Source of the DNA: Deltaproteobacteria bacterium
GTDB lineage: Bacteria > Bdellovibrionota_C > UBA2361 > SZUA-149 > JAITKM01
Assembly (NCBI GenBank): GCA_031278395.1
Contig: JAITKM010000018.1
Coordinates: forward strand, 973-64,972
Length of the DNA stretch: 64,000 nt
Direction: 5' to 3'
Shown: positions 46,214-55,451 of the stretch, piece by piece
Layout: every line of letters starts with the position of its first letter
How positions within the stretch are numbered: the first letter of the stretch is position 1
Program-made: the position numbers and the translations under genes
The notes under the pieces: generated by a model
What the model was told of the DNA's origin: nothing
The model's database searches: none
What the model saw: the letters and a program-made list of their open reading frames with translations, nothing else

Positions 46214-47347
46214 ATGAATAATATTCTGAAAATAATATGTAGGTTGCTAACTTATTTAGCGATTCTTCATGTAATGATCTTCTTATTACTTAGTAAGGAT
46301 GATATACCTCTTGGTATTATTACGTCCTTTCTGATGATACTATTGCTTCTGGTAATTGTTTTTTATATTTCTAATAAATCTAAAATATATATCAGGCGGC
46401 AGATTTTTCTACGTGCAGCTTTTGGTATTTTTGCCAAATTAGCAATGGTGGATGGTCAGTTGACTAAATTGGAAGTGCAGGTTGTGGAGCGTATTGCTGA
46501 TCAGAATCTTAAATTAAACGAAAAAGAACGGGCAGAGATGATTAAGTTGTTTAATGAAACTATTGCCACGGAACCAGAAGATTTTAATAGGTTATATCCG
46601 CGGAACCAAGCGCCTAAATCTATTTCAGAGCATTTGCGGTGTTTTACTAAAACGTTTGATATTTATGGGGCGGATAAGGGGATGTGTGTTTTATTTTTGA
46701 GGTTAATTTTTATGTTGGCAAGTGCGGATAAGATTTTGCATCCGCAGGAGGAGTTTATTTTAAAAAATGTAGCAGTTATTTTAGGCATTTTGCCAAGTCA
46801 TTATAATATGTTGTTTAATGAGTATTTTGTTCGGCAGACGACAGATAGCTTTGGAGAAAAAATGAATCAAGGTTATGGTTATACAGGTTTTAGTAGTCGT
46901 GAAGAGTTTAAAAAGACCGATTTTAATCAAAGAAGTTGGGAAGCCGAGCAAAATCAACAGCATGAATGGATGAATGAAGATTGGTTTAAGAGTAAGTGGG
47001 GGAGTGCTAGTTCGCAATGGAAATCTAGCAGAAGAAGAGGGCAACAACAATTTGATCAGCAGGCTAACTCGCAAGATTGGTTTAAGAAGCAGTCGCAGTG
47101 GCAAACTGAGAATAAAAGATATTATCAAACTGACCCCTTAAAGAAATATTATGATCTTTTAGGTTGCCCAGTAGGCTGTAGTGAAGCAGAGTTAAAAAAA
47201 GTCTATCGTAAACAAGCCTTAGAGAATCATCCTGATCGTCTGTTAAGCCGTGGCTTGCCTAAACAAACCATGAAACTCGCCAATGACCGCTTTTTAGCTA
47301 TCAAGCACGCATATGAAGAAATCTGTAACAAACGCGGGATAAAGTGA
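46214..47347 (+). CDS. djlA: DjlA-like co-chaperone (2 TM, TerB domain, low-complexity linker, J-domain)
   Basis: AKLAMVDG and ASADKILHPQE TerB motifs; YYDLLG...YRKQALENHPDRL intact HPD. Start moved to ATG 46214. Confidence 0.75.
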   Translation: MNNILKIICRLLTYLAILHVMIFLLLSKDDIPLGIITSFLMILLLLVIVFYISNKSKIYIRRQIFLRAAFGIFAKLAMVDGQLTKLEVQVVERIADQNLKLNEKERAEMIKLFNETIATEPEDFNRLYPRNQAPKSISEHLRCFTKTFDIYGADKGMCVLFLRLIFMLASADKILHPQEEFILKNVAVILGILPSHYNMLFNEYFVRQTTDSFGEKMNQGYGYTGFSSREEFKKTDFNQRSWEAEQNQQHEWMNEDWFKSKWGSASSQWKSSRRRGQQQFDQQANSQDWFKKQSQWQTENKRYYQTDPLKKYYDLLGCPVGCSEAELKKVYRKQALENHPDRLLSRGLPKQTMKLANDRFLAIKHAYEEICNKRGIK

Positions 47348-47428
47348 TCCCTATTCCGATTTTCGAAAAGAAACATTGGATGAACAATGTTCCCTTATAT
47401 ATTATCGAAGATAATTTTTAACTAAAAG

Positions 47429-49393
47429 TTAAAAAAAACAATCTAAACCTATAGCCACAGCCGGGAAGTTTTCTTGAAATTCTTTAGACTGAGAAAATTT
47501 AATTTTTAAAGCGAGGTTTTTGTTGAGTGTGAATCTGTTATCTAGCGCTATTTCATAGCTCTGATGGTTGTCTCCCCAAAAGTAGTTAGTGCCAGTTAAG
47601 TAAAAATTAGTTGCCCAAATATCCGTCCAATATAACAGAAATCCACTTTTAGCGCCGCCCCCAATTGCATAATCCTGAGCATAGTGGCGACTAGTTGTTG
47701 AGTTTAGTAGTAGCAGGTTATAGAACAGACTATTTTGTTTTAGTCCCCAAGTTAATCCAAGTCCGCCTCCCAGAGAATAAACACTGTGATTTTCTTTTTT
47801 ATCAAAGGCTAGTCTTTGCATATCAAGCTTAAATTCCCAAGAAATTGGGGTAAACATTGGGGTGATTGGTGAATATGATTTTAATTGTAACGGAACAAAT
47901 GCATTAAGTTTAAAATTTTCATGTTGTTGGTAACTAATTATTGTTTTAAAAAATAAAAGTTCCGAGCCAATTTTGAACCCTCCTTGAGGATCTAATAATT
48001 CATGATAGGCAAAATTAAACTGCAAATTGTAAAAGAACTGGCTGTTATAATAGCTGCTAGTTAGATTAAATTTGCTGCTTTCATGTCCTTCATCTGGTCT
48101 AATACTTGGCGTTTCTATGCTAATAGGTTTTGAAATGACATCAATTTGGCTACGTTTATTAAGTAAACCCACAGTATGTTCACGATAAGTATCAAAACCT
48201 AAATATTTATCGGGTAAAGTATAGGAAAGATAATCAATAGCTAAATCCAAAATCTTAGCTTTTTCTGTAGGAGTTAAAGCCAATTGGTCAAGGTAATTAA
48301 GGTTGGTGTCAGCGTCAGCCATTTTTTTAGCTAAGCTAATTTCTTTAGTGTTTGCCAGTTGCGCTGACTTAGAAAGTTTAGTTTGTAAAGCAGGACGAAA
48401 ACGAATTTCGCCTATTAAGCCGTTAATTTTTGTAAGTTCTTTGATTGAATCAATGGGTGTAATCCAAGTTTGAAACTTTTCAGTTAGGCGCAGTTCGGGA
48501 CGACCAGCTTCCAGTAATGCCAATAAAATGTAGGCGCAATTGTCGTCAAAATAGTAGTAGTTAATATTGCTTTCTCTAAGCTCCCACAAATTAGCGACTA
48601 ACATTTCAGCTTCTGCCTTAGTAAAATTTAAATCGTATTCCCAGATGTCACGGTTTTCGCTGTCGCCATACATGTTAACTCGGTCATAGTAGTTATTGAT
48701 AATAAAGTAACCATGATACGCCCCTAATAAACCTTTAAGAGCGTAAAGTAGAGCGCTGTCTTGAGCGTTGGTTTGGGCTGAGTAGCTAGCAGTGTAGTAA
48801 AGTAGTTCGTCTTGATTATGCTGAGGGTTTTGGTTAATCCGAATTAATGTATGCCCAAAAGCCGAAGCAGGGCTATTAATATAAGCTGAAGGGAAGATGA
48901 GAGTTAGGCTTTCTGGGGCAATTGCTGAAAACCATTCTTGAAAACGTTTGCAATTAGGTTTAGTGATTTTGGAATAATCAAAATGTAGTTGTTTAGCTAG
49001 CCAAGCATAGCGTGCAGGGAAGCGGCATTGCGGGTTAGTATCTGAAACATCAGTCGTGTTTAAAGCGAAAATGGTTGCTAGCAGTTCAGCTTGAGCTGAA
49101 TATTTTCCGTCTTCTGCAAGAAAAAATTGTGGATCGTCAATAAGGCTTTTGGTAATTGTGCTGGATTGCTTAGCGTTACAAGCAGTCTCGGCTAAAGTCC
49201 CAAGCCAACCAGTTTTATGTTGTAGCAGAGCAAGCCATTGTAAATTTTGGTGCAGTTTATTTTCAACAGCTGTTTGGGCAAGAGTATTTAAGTATTGAGT
49301 TAGTTCGTTGTGACTTGCAAAGGCAGTGTTCTGAGAGCTGGAAAGCGCTAGCAAAAGATATAAGTATAAAGATATGGAGAGTAAGTTTTTCAA
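47429..49393 (-). CDS. DUF4105/Lnb-N-domain exported protein with C-terminal beta-barrel
   Basis: CRFPARYAWL, SPASAFGHTLIR, ENRDIWEYDL, YYYFDDNCAY; C-terminal aromatic beta-strands ending in F. Confidence 0.8.
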   Translation of the reverse strand: MKNLLSISLYLYLLLALSSSQNTAFASHNELTQYLNTLAQTAVENKLHQNLQWLALLQHKTGWLGTLAETACNAKQSSTITKSLIDDPQFFLAEDGKYSAQAELLATIFALNTTDVSDTNPQCRFPARYAWLAKQLHFDYSKITKPNCKRFQEWFSAIAPESLTLIFPSAYINSPASAFGHTLIRINQNPQHNQDELLYYTASYSAQTNAQDSALLYALKGLLGAYHGYFIINNYYDRVNMYGDSENRDIWEYDLNFTKAEAEMLVANLWELRESNINYYYFDDNCAYILLALLEAGRPELRLTEKFQTWITPIDSIKELTKINGLIGEIRFRPALQTKLSKSAQLANTKEISLAKKMADADTNLNYLDQLALTPTEKAKILDLAIDYLSYTLPDKYLGFDTYREHTVGLLNKRSQIDVISKPISIETPSIRPDEGHESSKFNLTSSYYNSQFFYNLQFNFAYHELLDPQGGFKIGSELLFFKTIISYQQHENFKLNAFVPLQLKSYSPITPMFTPISWEFKLDMQRLAFDKKENHSVYSLGGGLGLTWGLKQNSLFYNLLLLNSTTSRHYAQDYAIGGGAKSGFLLYWTDIWATNFYLTGTNYFWGDNHQSYEIALDNRFTLNKNLALKIKFSQSKEFQENFPAVAIGLDCFF

Positions 49394-49523
49394 AGGTTTG
49401 TTTAGTAAAATTTGTAATACGTATTAATATTTTGTGGAAAAGCTAGCTATCTATTAAATAATATGTTAGAGCAAGGCGTTTTTTTTGTGTGTTAATAAGT
49501 ATTTTTAAAATCAAAGTTAATAT

Positions 49524-49937
49524 ATGAAGATAAAATTTTTTTATTTTGGGTTAATAGCGTCATTGATTTTTACTGGATGTAATGCCATTCAGGAGAGTTC
49601 GTCAAAAGCTTTTGATAACGCTAATGAGGTGATACGTTATTATTCAGGGGCTAAAGGACGCAATACTATTGCAGTAAACTCGTCGAATAATAAAGCGCAA
49701 AGCAATTATTATAGTAAAAAAAGTGATATTTTGAACGATAATTCAATAATTTGGAAAGCGACTAACCGTCCAGACATAAAAGAAGAGGATATTATAACCA
49801 ATCAAAATAACTTAGCCGCTAAGTTAGAGACGAAAAATTCGAATGATAACTCAAAATACGGCACGATTAACGCTCAGGTTGTTGAGCAAGAGCTTAACAA
49901 GTCGCAAACAACTGATGAAATTTTTGAAGGATTATAA
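49524..49937 (+). CDS. Hypothetical lipoprotein
   Basis: Lipobox FTGC after a hydrophobic signal; N/K-rich mature part. Confidence 0.65.
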   Translation: MKIKFFYFGLIASLIFTGCNAIQESSSKAFDNANEVIRYYSGAKGRNTIAVNSSNNKAQSNYYSKKSDILNDNSIIWKATNRPDIKEEDIITNQNNLAAKLETKNSNDNSKYGTINAQVVEQELNKSQTTDEIFEGL

Positions 49938-49969
49938 TAATAGCGGGGTGGTAGATAATTTTTCTTAAG

Positions 49970-50324
49970 GGGGGTGTTCTGGTTTCGACGTGGATTATGA
50001 ATCTTTATGTGGCGTGTCTCAGAGCCGTTGGCTGAGTTAACAAACGGCAAAAATGTAATCGCAAATACTGACGATTATGCAGAAATCGCTTTAGTAGCTT
50101 AATACTTTGGCGTCTTTTAGCTAGGTAGCTTGCGCTTGGTTAAAAGTTAATTTAGCAAACTAGGAAAATGTTGCTGCTTTGACGGCATAACTGAAAATTA
50201 TTCAAAGCTAGTTATAAAGTTCCTGTCTGAGGGAGGCGTTATGATGAAATTCAAACTTAGGCTACACACGTAGAGGCATTTAGAAACAAATTCGCGGACG
50301 GGGGTTCAATTCCCCCCACCTCCA
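49970..50324 (+). ncRNA. ssrA: tmRNA; tag peptide (A)ANTDDYAEIALVA encoded at 50061-50102
   Basis: 5' GGGGGTGTTCTGGTTTCGAC and 3' GACGGGGGTTCAATTCCCCCCACCTCCA. 7-bp acceptor stem with G.U; resume codon GCA; CCA not encoded. Confidence 0.96.
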
Positions 50325-50429
50325 TTTTTGGTTTTTCCCTATACATATATTTATATCGTGAACTAACTATAGCGCACAGCTTCCTGCTAGCGCTTTTTAC
50401 ATTTAACTTTATTTAGCTTAAATAATTAA

Positions 50430-50828
50430 ATCTCTACAGGAGTTTGGAAGTGGGTGATGGATAGTGAATTTATTGATAGTGAAGTATTAAACGCTAGCGG
50501 TGTTTTGGTGATTAATGACCGTAATGAAAAAGTCTATGGAGATTCGTATGTTTCACTTGCGCTAAAAAAGAATAAAGAAGGCGCCAAGACAGGTGTTAAG
50601 GTTATTCCTTTTGCGGACAGTTATAAATATATGTCAGAGAATGGCACGAAAAAAGTTGAGTTCTTGCTAGATCAGGAAGGGCAAAAAACAGTTAGCACCA
50701 TTGAGTTTAGTAGTGATGGTAAAACTCTTAACGGTGTCTCACGTGTCTCTGGTAAAGACCCAGTGAGCGGCAAGAGTTATACTGCGCATTATACTTGGAA
50801 AGCCCGACGAGTTAATAAGAAAGGGTAA
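50430..50828 (+). pseudogene. Probably 5'-truncated beta-rich hypothetical protein (GxWKW motif), paralog of the 28710 fragment
   Basis: The frame is open from 50430 (ISTGVWKWVMDSEFID...), upstream of the first start codon. The first 39 nt from 50439 share 33 identities with 28710-28748. Confidence 0.55.
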
Positions 50829-50902
50829 AACGTGGTAATTGCAAAAGGGGCGCGACTGGAGACGGTTGCGGAGTCCGCCACTAAATAGTTACTAAAAAGC
50901 AC

Positions 50903-50923
50903 GCCCAGGATTGCCTGGGCTAC
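50903..50923 (-). repeat. GTAG-type REP-like hairpin
   Basis: Minus strand GTAGCCCAGGCAATCCTGGGC. Confidence 0.55.
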
Positions 50924-50986
50924 ACAAAATCTTATTTTTCTCTCTTTTATTTTTTTGCCACTTCTGCTATAGGGCAGCGACTTCAT

Positions 50987-51008
50987 GCCTGGGTGGTGGA
51001 ATTGGTAG
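50987..51008 (+). tRNA. 5' fragment of tRNA-Leu truncated at the D-loop; probable prophage attL core
   Basis: GCCTGGGTGGTGGAATTGGTAG is the acceptor 5' strand plus D-arm of a type II (Leu-like) tRNA. No anticodon or T arm follows, and the sequence becomes AT-rich phage DNA. Confidence 0.75.
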
Positions 51009-51182
51009 TTGTGAAGAGGTGTTACTATGTTAGTCTACATATTCTATTTAGTTTTATAATTTCCTATACATAAGAATGTTGTTATATTAAGTATTTCTAT
51101 GTGTTTTTGCTATGTCTAGTTGTGTTTTTATTTGTTCTAAGTGAAAATGTGCTGCAAAAAATAAAGCTAATATAATGGCAGA

Positions 51183-51212
51183 TTAACAAGCTGGATTTAT
51201 CCGGCTTGTTAA
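51183..51212 (-). terminator. Hairpin ending the leftward early operon
   Basis: TTAACAAGCTGGAT-TT-ATCCGGCTTGTTAA. Confidence 0.6.
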
Positions 51213-51272
51213 AAGAGATATTGTACTATTATATTTTTTTGTATTAAGAAATTGTTGCAGTATACTACCTGA

Positions 51273-51470
51273 TTATAGTCCACTCTTCACGTTACTTTCC
51301 CATTTGATTACATCTTCCATTGGATAAAGTTTTTTGCCTTTTTTTAGCCCACTTGGGTTAAATGCTGGCGGCAGTTTTCCCTCCGACTGAAGTCGGTAAG
51401 CCACATTAATATCTATTCGCCAACGTTCGGCTAACTCTTTTATAGTTAAGAATTTTTTTTCCATAATCAC
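51273..51470 (-). CDS. Excisionase / AlpA-like helix-turn-helix protein
   Basis: FLTIKELAERWRI...YRL...GKLPP...LYPMEDVIKWE. Last gene before attL. Confidence 0.8.
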   Translation of the reverse strand: MIMEKKFLTIKELAERWRIDINVAYRLQSEGKLPPAFNPSGLKKGKKLYPMEDVIKWESNVKSGL

Positions 51471-51473
51471 CTC

Positions 51474-51746
51474 TTAAAACGGAATATCATCATTGTCAAA
51501 ACTTGTTCCAGTGTTACCCAGAGCCTGTTGTTTATTATCTTGCGTATTATTTTTCCCTTGTTGCTTTGGAGCAAAAGAAAAACTAAAATATTTCTTTTCA
51601 TCTTTTTCCTTAATCCAGCCAGAAATCCAATACTCAATATTATTAATTGTGCAGCTGCCAGTATAGTCTGGATGATTAGCTTGTTGCTTGCGTTCGTTTT
51701 TAAATAATACTCCTCGATTATTGTTGTTATATTGTTGTTGCGTCAT
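51474..51746 (-). CDS. Phage single-stranded DNA-binding-like protein
   Basis: GVLFKN...HPDYTG...YWISGW small beta domain with an SSB-type acidic tail DNDDIPF. Confidence 0.7.
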   Translation of the reverse strand: MTQQQYNNNNRGVLFKNERKQQANHPDYTGSCTINNIEYWISGWIKEKDEKKYFSFSFAPKQQGKNNTQDNKQQALGNTGTSFDNDDIPF

Positions 51747-51754
51747 AATTATCC

Positions 51755-51946
51755 TTAATATATTTCCTCTTCAAAAACTAAAAGCTGCTTTAGTTCTTGA
51801 ACTTGATTGTTAATATTTTTAGTCTGATTTAAAATTTTATTCCCTCGCTCATTCACGCTAAGTGCAAGCGGAGTGCCAACTAAAATAATTCCAAAAATAA
51901 AATAAATTACAATTCTATCAAACATTGTAAATTTGCATGTATTCAT
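51755..51946 (-). CDS. Small phage membrane protein (1 TM plus coiled coil)
   Basis: GGAGGAG RBS before ATG 51946; hydrophobic IVIYFIFGIILVGTPLAL. Confidence 0.6.
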   Translation of the reverse strand: MNTCKFTMFDRIVIYFIFGIILVGTPLALSVNERGNKILNQTKNINNQVQELKQLLVFEEEIY

Positions 51947-53601
51947 ACTAACTCCTCCTTTATCTGTTTGCTTACGCCTTTTTCTATCCAATAAACGTTA
52001 CCTAAACCCATCTTTTCTAGTTTGGGAGCTTTAACAGGAAGATTAACCATCATCCCAACAAAGGATTTAAACTTCATTACACTAAGCGCGCTTAATAATC
52101 CTTTGCGCCCGTTAGCGTCTAGCAGCTCTGCTCCGTCTATAACTACAGCGTCTGAGTTATCTAATATCGCTGCGGCTATCTGTAAGGTTACACGCACGCG
52201 AAATTGCTCAGAGGCTGACAGGATAGGGTAAGGACGCCCTGCGAAATAAATAGTTAAATCACGATTAATAGATACTGTTGCCCAGTTAGCTTTTTGACAG
52301 ATTTCTTTAAGTGATAAATTAAATTCATCTAAACCTCGCTCCATTGCCTGCCTACGGATACCGTTTTCGTCTAATGCATCAACTATGACCTGATTAGTAA
52401 TTATATTATTATGTAAACGTTGTGATTCTGTGTATTTCTTAAAGGCTTGCAGCTGCAACTCTATCATACATAGTGCTTCACGCTTAGCATTAATTATATG
52501 TGTACCGATTGTTGCGCTGCTTATTGTTTTTAGTTGTTGCACCGCCTCTTGAGCAGATTTTAGTTTTTGTTCGCTCTTATTAAGAGCAGATTGTCTAAAT
52601 TCTAGTACCTGTAAAGCTTTTGTCATCTCATCTGATATTTTATCTATCTGTTGTTTTAATGCTGCTACTTCATCCTTAGACATCGAAGAAGTTTTTTTGA
52701 GATATAGACCATGTATAATAACATTTTCTCCACAATATGGGCATGGAACACCTTTCTCCGGCAACGGTGGTAAAGTTTTAGCTTTAAACTCCAAGCTATC
52801 GACATTCTGTTTTGCTGATTGATATAATTTTTTAGATTTCAGCAGTGCTGATTGCAACTCGGTAATACTATTAGCTTCCTCTGTTAGTTTAGCTCGGACA
52901 TCGTCTGAGACTGCTTGCTTGCCTATCATATCTTCTAATTCTGAATTTAATAGAGTAATTTGCCCTTGCAATGCCTCCTGTGAACTAGTCTGTAATGATG
53001 CGTCCCAACCAAATTCCGGTGTCCAAATCTCACCTTTTTTAGAGCCGTATTGTTCGCCTGTTACATAAGCCCATTGTGATTTGAAGGATTTACCTTTTTC
53101 CTTTGCGGTGTTTAGTTGCGCTTCCCAACCATTTATCTCTATTTGTTTCCATAGAGTATCTATCAATTCCTGTTTAATTCCCTTTTTTAATAATTCGTTT
53201 TTAAAATCATCTTTAGTGGGTAGACAGTTTAGAAGTTTTCTTAAATACTCAACCCTTCTTTTTTCATCCATATCAATTATGGATTCTAACCCAGCCGCAA
53301 CCGTCGAGGCTTTGGGGGGATTAGTTCCGTTAGTGCGTAATTCTGCTTTAGGGTAATTAATTTCTGCCGCGCCTTCGTCACCTGAAAGTATTACGTTCGC
53401 TTCTATTGAGCCAAGCTTAACAAGTAATCCTGCATCTTGTTTTTTTAACCCTAGCGGCATTGTAAGTCCACTCAGAGTAGCGGAGATTGGACGCAGTGCA
53501 GAAGATTTTCCCTGGTGATTTTGCCCTGTTAATAGGGCAATAGGGGCAGCTTTTATTGATATATTTTCCGCCCCCATAAAGTTAGTTATTGTTGCTTTCA
53601 T
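51943..53601 (-). CDS. Rad50/SbcC-like ABC ATPase with zinc hook
   Basis: Walker A GQNHQGKSS, coiled coils around CPYCG, signature LSASE, Walker B VVIDG. Confidence 0.8.
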   Translation of the reverse strand: MKATITNFMGAENISIKAAPIALLTGQNHQGKSSALRPISATLSGLTMPLGLKKQDAGLLVKLGSIEANVILSGDEGAAEINYPKAELRTNGTNPPKASTVAAGLESIIDMDEKRRVEYLRKLLNCLPTKDDFKNELLKKGIKQELIDTLWKQIEINGWEAQLNTAKEKGKSFKSQWAYVTGEQYGSKKGEIWTPEFGWDASLQTSSQEALQGQITLLNSELEDMIGKQAVSDDVRAKLTEEANSITELQSALLKSKKLYQSAKQNVDSLEFKAKTLPPLPEKGVPCPYCGENVIIHGLYLKKTSSMSKDEVAALKQQIDKISDEMTKALQVLEFRQSALNKSEQKLKSAQEAVQQLKTISSATIGTHIINAKREALCMIELQLQAFKKYTESQRLHNNIITNQVIVDALDENGIRRQAMERGLDEFNLSLKEICQKANWATVSINRDLTIYFAGRPYPILSASEQFRVRVTLQIAAAILDNSDAVVIDGAELLDANGRKGLLSALSVMKFKSFVGMMVNLPVKAPKLEKMGLGNVYWIEKGVSKQIKEELV

Positions 53602-53603
53602 TT

Positions 53604-54467
53604 TTATTCCTCCCCCCAGTCACTATTATCTCCCTGTTCTGGTTTTGCTTCTGTTTTAGACTCAGGCTCTATAAACTTAGGGATTGACGATGTCGTTTCA
53701 TTCGCCTTCGAGGGGCGACCACGTTTTTTTATTGTGATAGCTACTTTATTTTTTTCTAACTCCGCTTCTGCTGTCGTCTCTGGCTCGGCGACTTGCGCCA
53801 TTTGTAACACTGGAGTTTCTAGTTTGGGTATTTCAGTTTCTTTTACTTCTATTATATCTATAATTTCTTCATGAGATTGTAACCCGTTTAAAATTTCAGC
53901 AACATATCGTTTCCCAAAAAAACTCGCTGCACGATAGGTAAGCATTAATTCAGGCATTGTTTTCCATTTACTGCCTTCTTTATCATACCAGCCTTCTTTA
54001 ACTGCCATTTCGATTGTTACGGTTGGTGATTTTAGGGTTTCGCCTGTAGCTTTTTCTTTACAATACGCAAAACAAGAAAAATCATGTATTTTAAATGATA
54101 CTTTCTCATATTTTCCTGTCTGATAATTTTTATAATTATATTCGACCGTTTTTTCTCCTAAGTCTTTTAGGTCAAAGTTTAAGTGAGTAAATCTCCCGCA
54201 GGAATTTATAACTGAAATAATATACTGCGAACTCCAGCAAGGACGTCCTTTAATTATAAAAAGATTTTGCATTACCATCAAAGGCGAAATGTTTTGACGC
54301 ATTGCGATATCAAGAGCGATCATCATATCGCCCTTATTCTTTTTATAAGTCTCTGGTATAATACTGCTGCCAGAAAGGATGTTTATAATTTCATTAATAC
54401 TTCCAAACTTGCTAAAAATACCAAGTGCTTTATTGTTATTTACTACTGTGGATATTTCGTTTTCCAT
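53604..54467 (-). CDS. RecT/Red-beta-like single-strand annealing protein
   Basis: IPETY...DMMIALDIA...SPLMVMQNLFIIKGRP.WS, GSKWKTMPELMLTYRAA; acidic tail. Confidence 0.75.
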   Translation of the reverse strand: MENEISTVVNNNKALGIFSKFGSINEIINILSGSSIIPETYKKNKGDMMIALDIAMRQNISPLMVMQNLFIIKGRPCWSSQYIISVINSCGRFTHLNFDLKDLGEKTVEYNYKNYQTGKYEKVSFKIHDFSCFAYCKEKATGETLKSPTVTIEMAVKEGWYDKEGSKWKTMPELMLTYRAASFFGKRYVAEILNGLQSHEEIIDIIEVKETEIPKLETPVLQMAQVAEPETTAEAELEKNKVAITIKKRGRPSKANETTSSIPKFIEPESKTEAKPEQGDNSDWGEE

Positions 54468-54468
54468 T

Positions 54469-55311
54469 TTAAATCTCCTTATTAAGATTATTAAAATTAA
54501 TTTTTTTGTGTGATTTACAAAAATCTGTGCCCCAAGCCGGGCAATAATCTGGCGTGCACATCATGGAGTTAGGGTTAGGTAACCACGCCCAGATATCGCC
54601 GTTTTGGCGGAATTTTTGTAAATCTGATTTTATTTTTTGAATTATTTGGTAAGCGATAAGTTCCGCTTCTTTGACGCTATATTCAACTATTATAGGCTCT
54701 GGCTGAGGCTTAATTATACCAACCCGTTTTATGTAAATCTCGCCTATTTTATTTATTCCTATTCCGTTAGAACGGCATAGAAGCGAGTAGCATCCATACT
54801 GCGCCTGATTAGCACGATGTACTGTGCCAGTTTTTAAATCCCAAATTTCTCCTTCGGAGCGGATATCAATGTGTCCTGAAATTATAAAATTATCACCAAA
54901 ATCTGCTGTGTATTCTTCCTCTATTTTTACAGCAGTTAAAAACGATATAGCACCTAAAACAGCATGCGCCATCCTGACAGCTTGATTTATTGCATCGTCC
55001 TTTTTTCTCGTTGTATCGTCCCAGATTACGCCGTAAGCGATACTCTGCTCAATCGATTCGGCGGCTGTCTCACGCATCGGCTGGATATAGTCACAGCCGT
55101 CTTTAATTAATAATAAAGCAGTCTCTAAAGACTTATGCGTTGCTGTTCCGACAGCCGCTCCGATTGAAATTTGTAATTTATTTATTTTAAATCCGTATTG
55201 CGCCAGCTCTTTAAAAAACATTTTAGCCGCAGCACGTCGTGTGCAGTCTGTATAATGAGGTAGGCTCGATGCCCGTATTATCGTTGTTTTTGGATTATTT
55301 TCGTTTCCCAT
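54469..55311 (-). CDS. Cas4/AddB-like PD-(D/E)XK exonuclease with 4-Cys Fe-S staple
   Basis: RASSL...DC, GTATH, GHID...WDLKTG...QYGCY, C-terminal CTPDYC...FC. Confidence 0.8.
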   Translation of the reverse strand: MGNENNPKTTIIRASSLPHYTDCTRRAAAKMFFKELAQYGFKINKLQISIGAAVGTATHKSLETALLLIKDGCDYIQPMRETAAESIEQSIAYGVIWDDTTRKKDDAINQAVRMAHAVLGAISFLTAVKIEEEYTADFGDNFIISGHIDIRSEGEIWDLKTGTVHRANQAQYGCYSLLCRSNGIGINKIGEIYIKRVGIIKPQPEPIIVEYSVKEAELIAYQIIQKIKSDLQKFRQNGDIWAWLPNPNSMMCTPDYCPAWGTDFCKSHKKINFNNLNKEI

Positions 55312-55326
55312 GTTTGTCCCGTTAGC

Positions 55327-55380
55327 GTTATAATTAGAACATTATACTATAATTGGTAACATTACAATACAAAATGTAAC
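55327..55380 (-). promoter_or_regulatory. Leftward early promoter with three putative repressor operators (OL-like)
   Basis: Three related boxes ending in AAC at 55340, 55360 and 55380 (20-bp period). A related box GTTACAAAATAGAAC lies at 58032-58046. Confidence 0.55.
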
Positions 55381-55451
55381 AAAACGAGAAATAATATTTA
55401 TTATTTAATTATTATAGTTAGTTATATATTACAAAAAATAAAAATAATTTA

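Noticed and set aside
50290-50330. tmRNA 3' end as the prophage attachment site
   Set aside because: No duplicate of the tmRNA 3' end in the window. Host-like DNA and a REP lie between it and the phage genes, and the tRNA-Leu stub is a better boundary.
54469-55311. Cas4-like gene as evidence of a CRISPR-Cas system
   Set aside because: No cas1/cas2 or repeat-spacer array seen; the context is a phage recombination operon.
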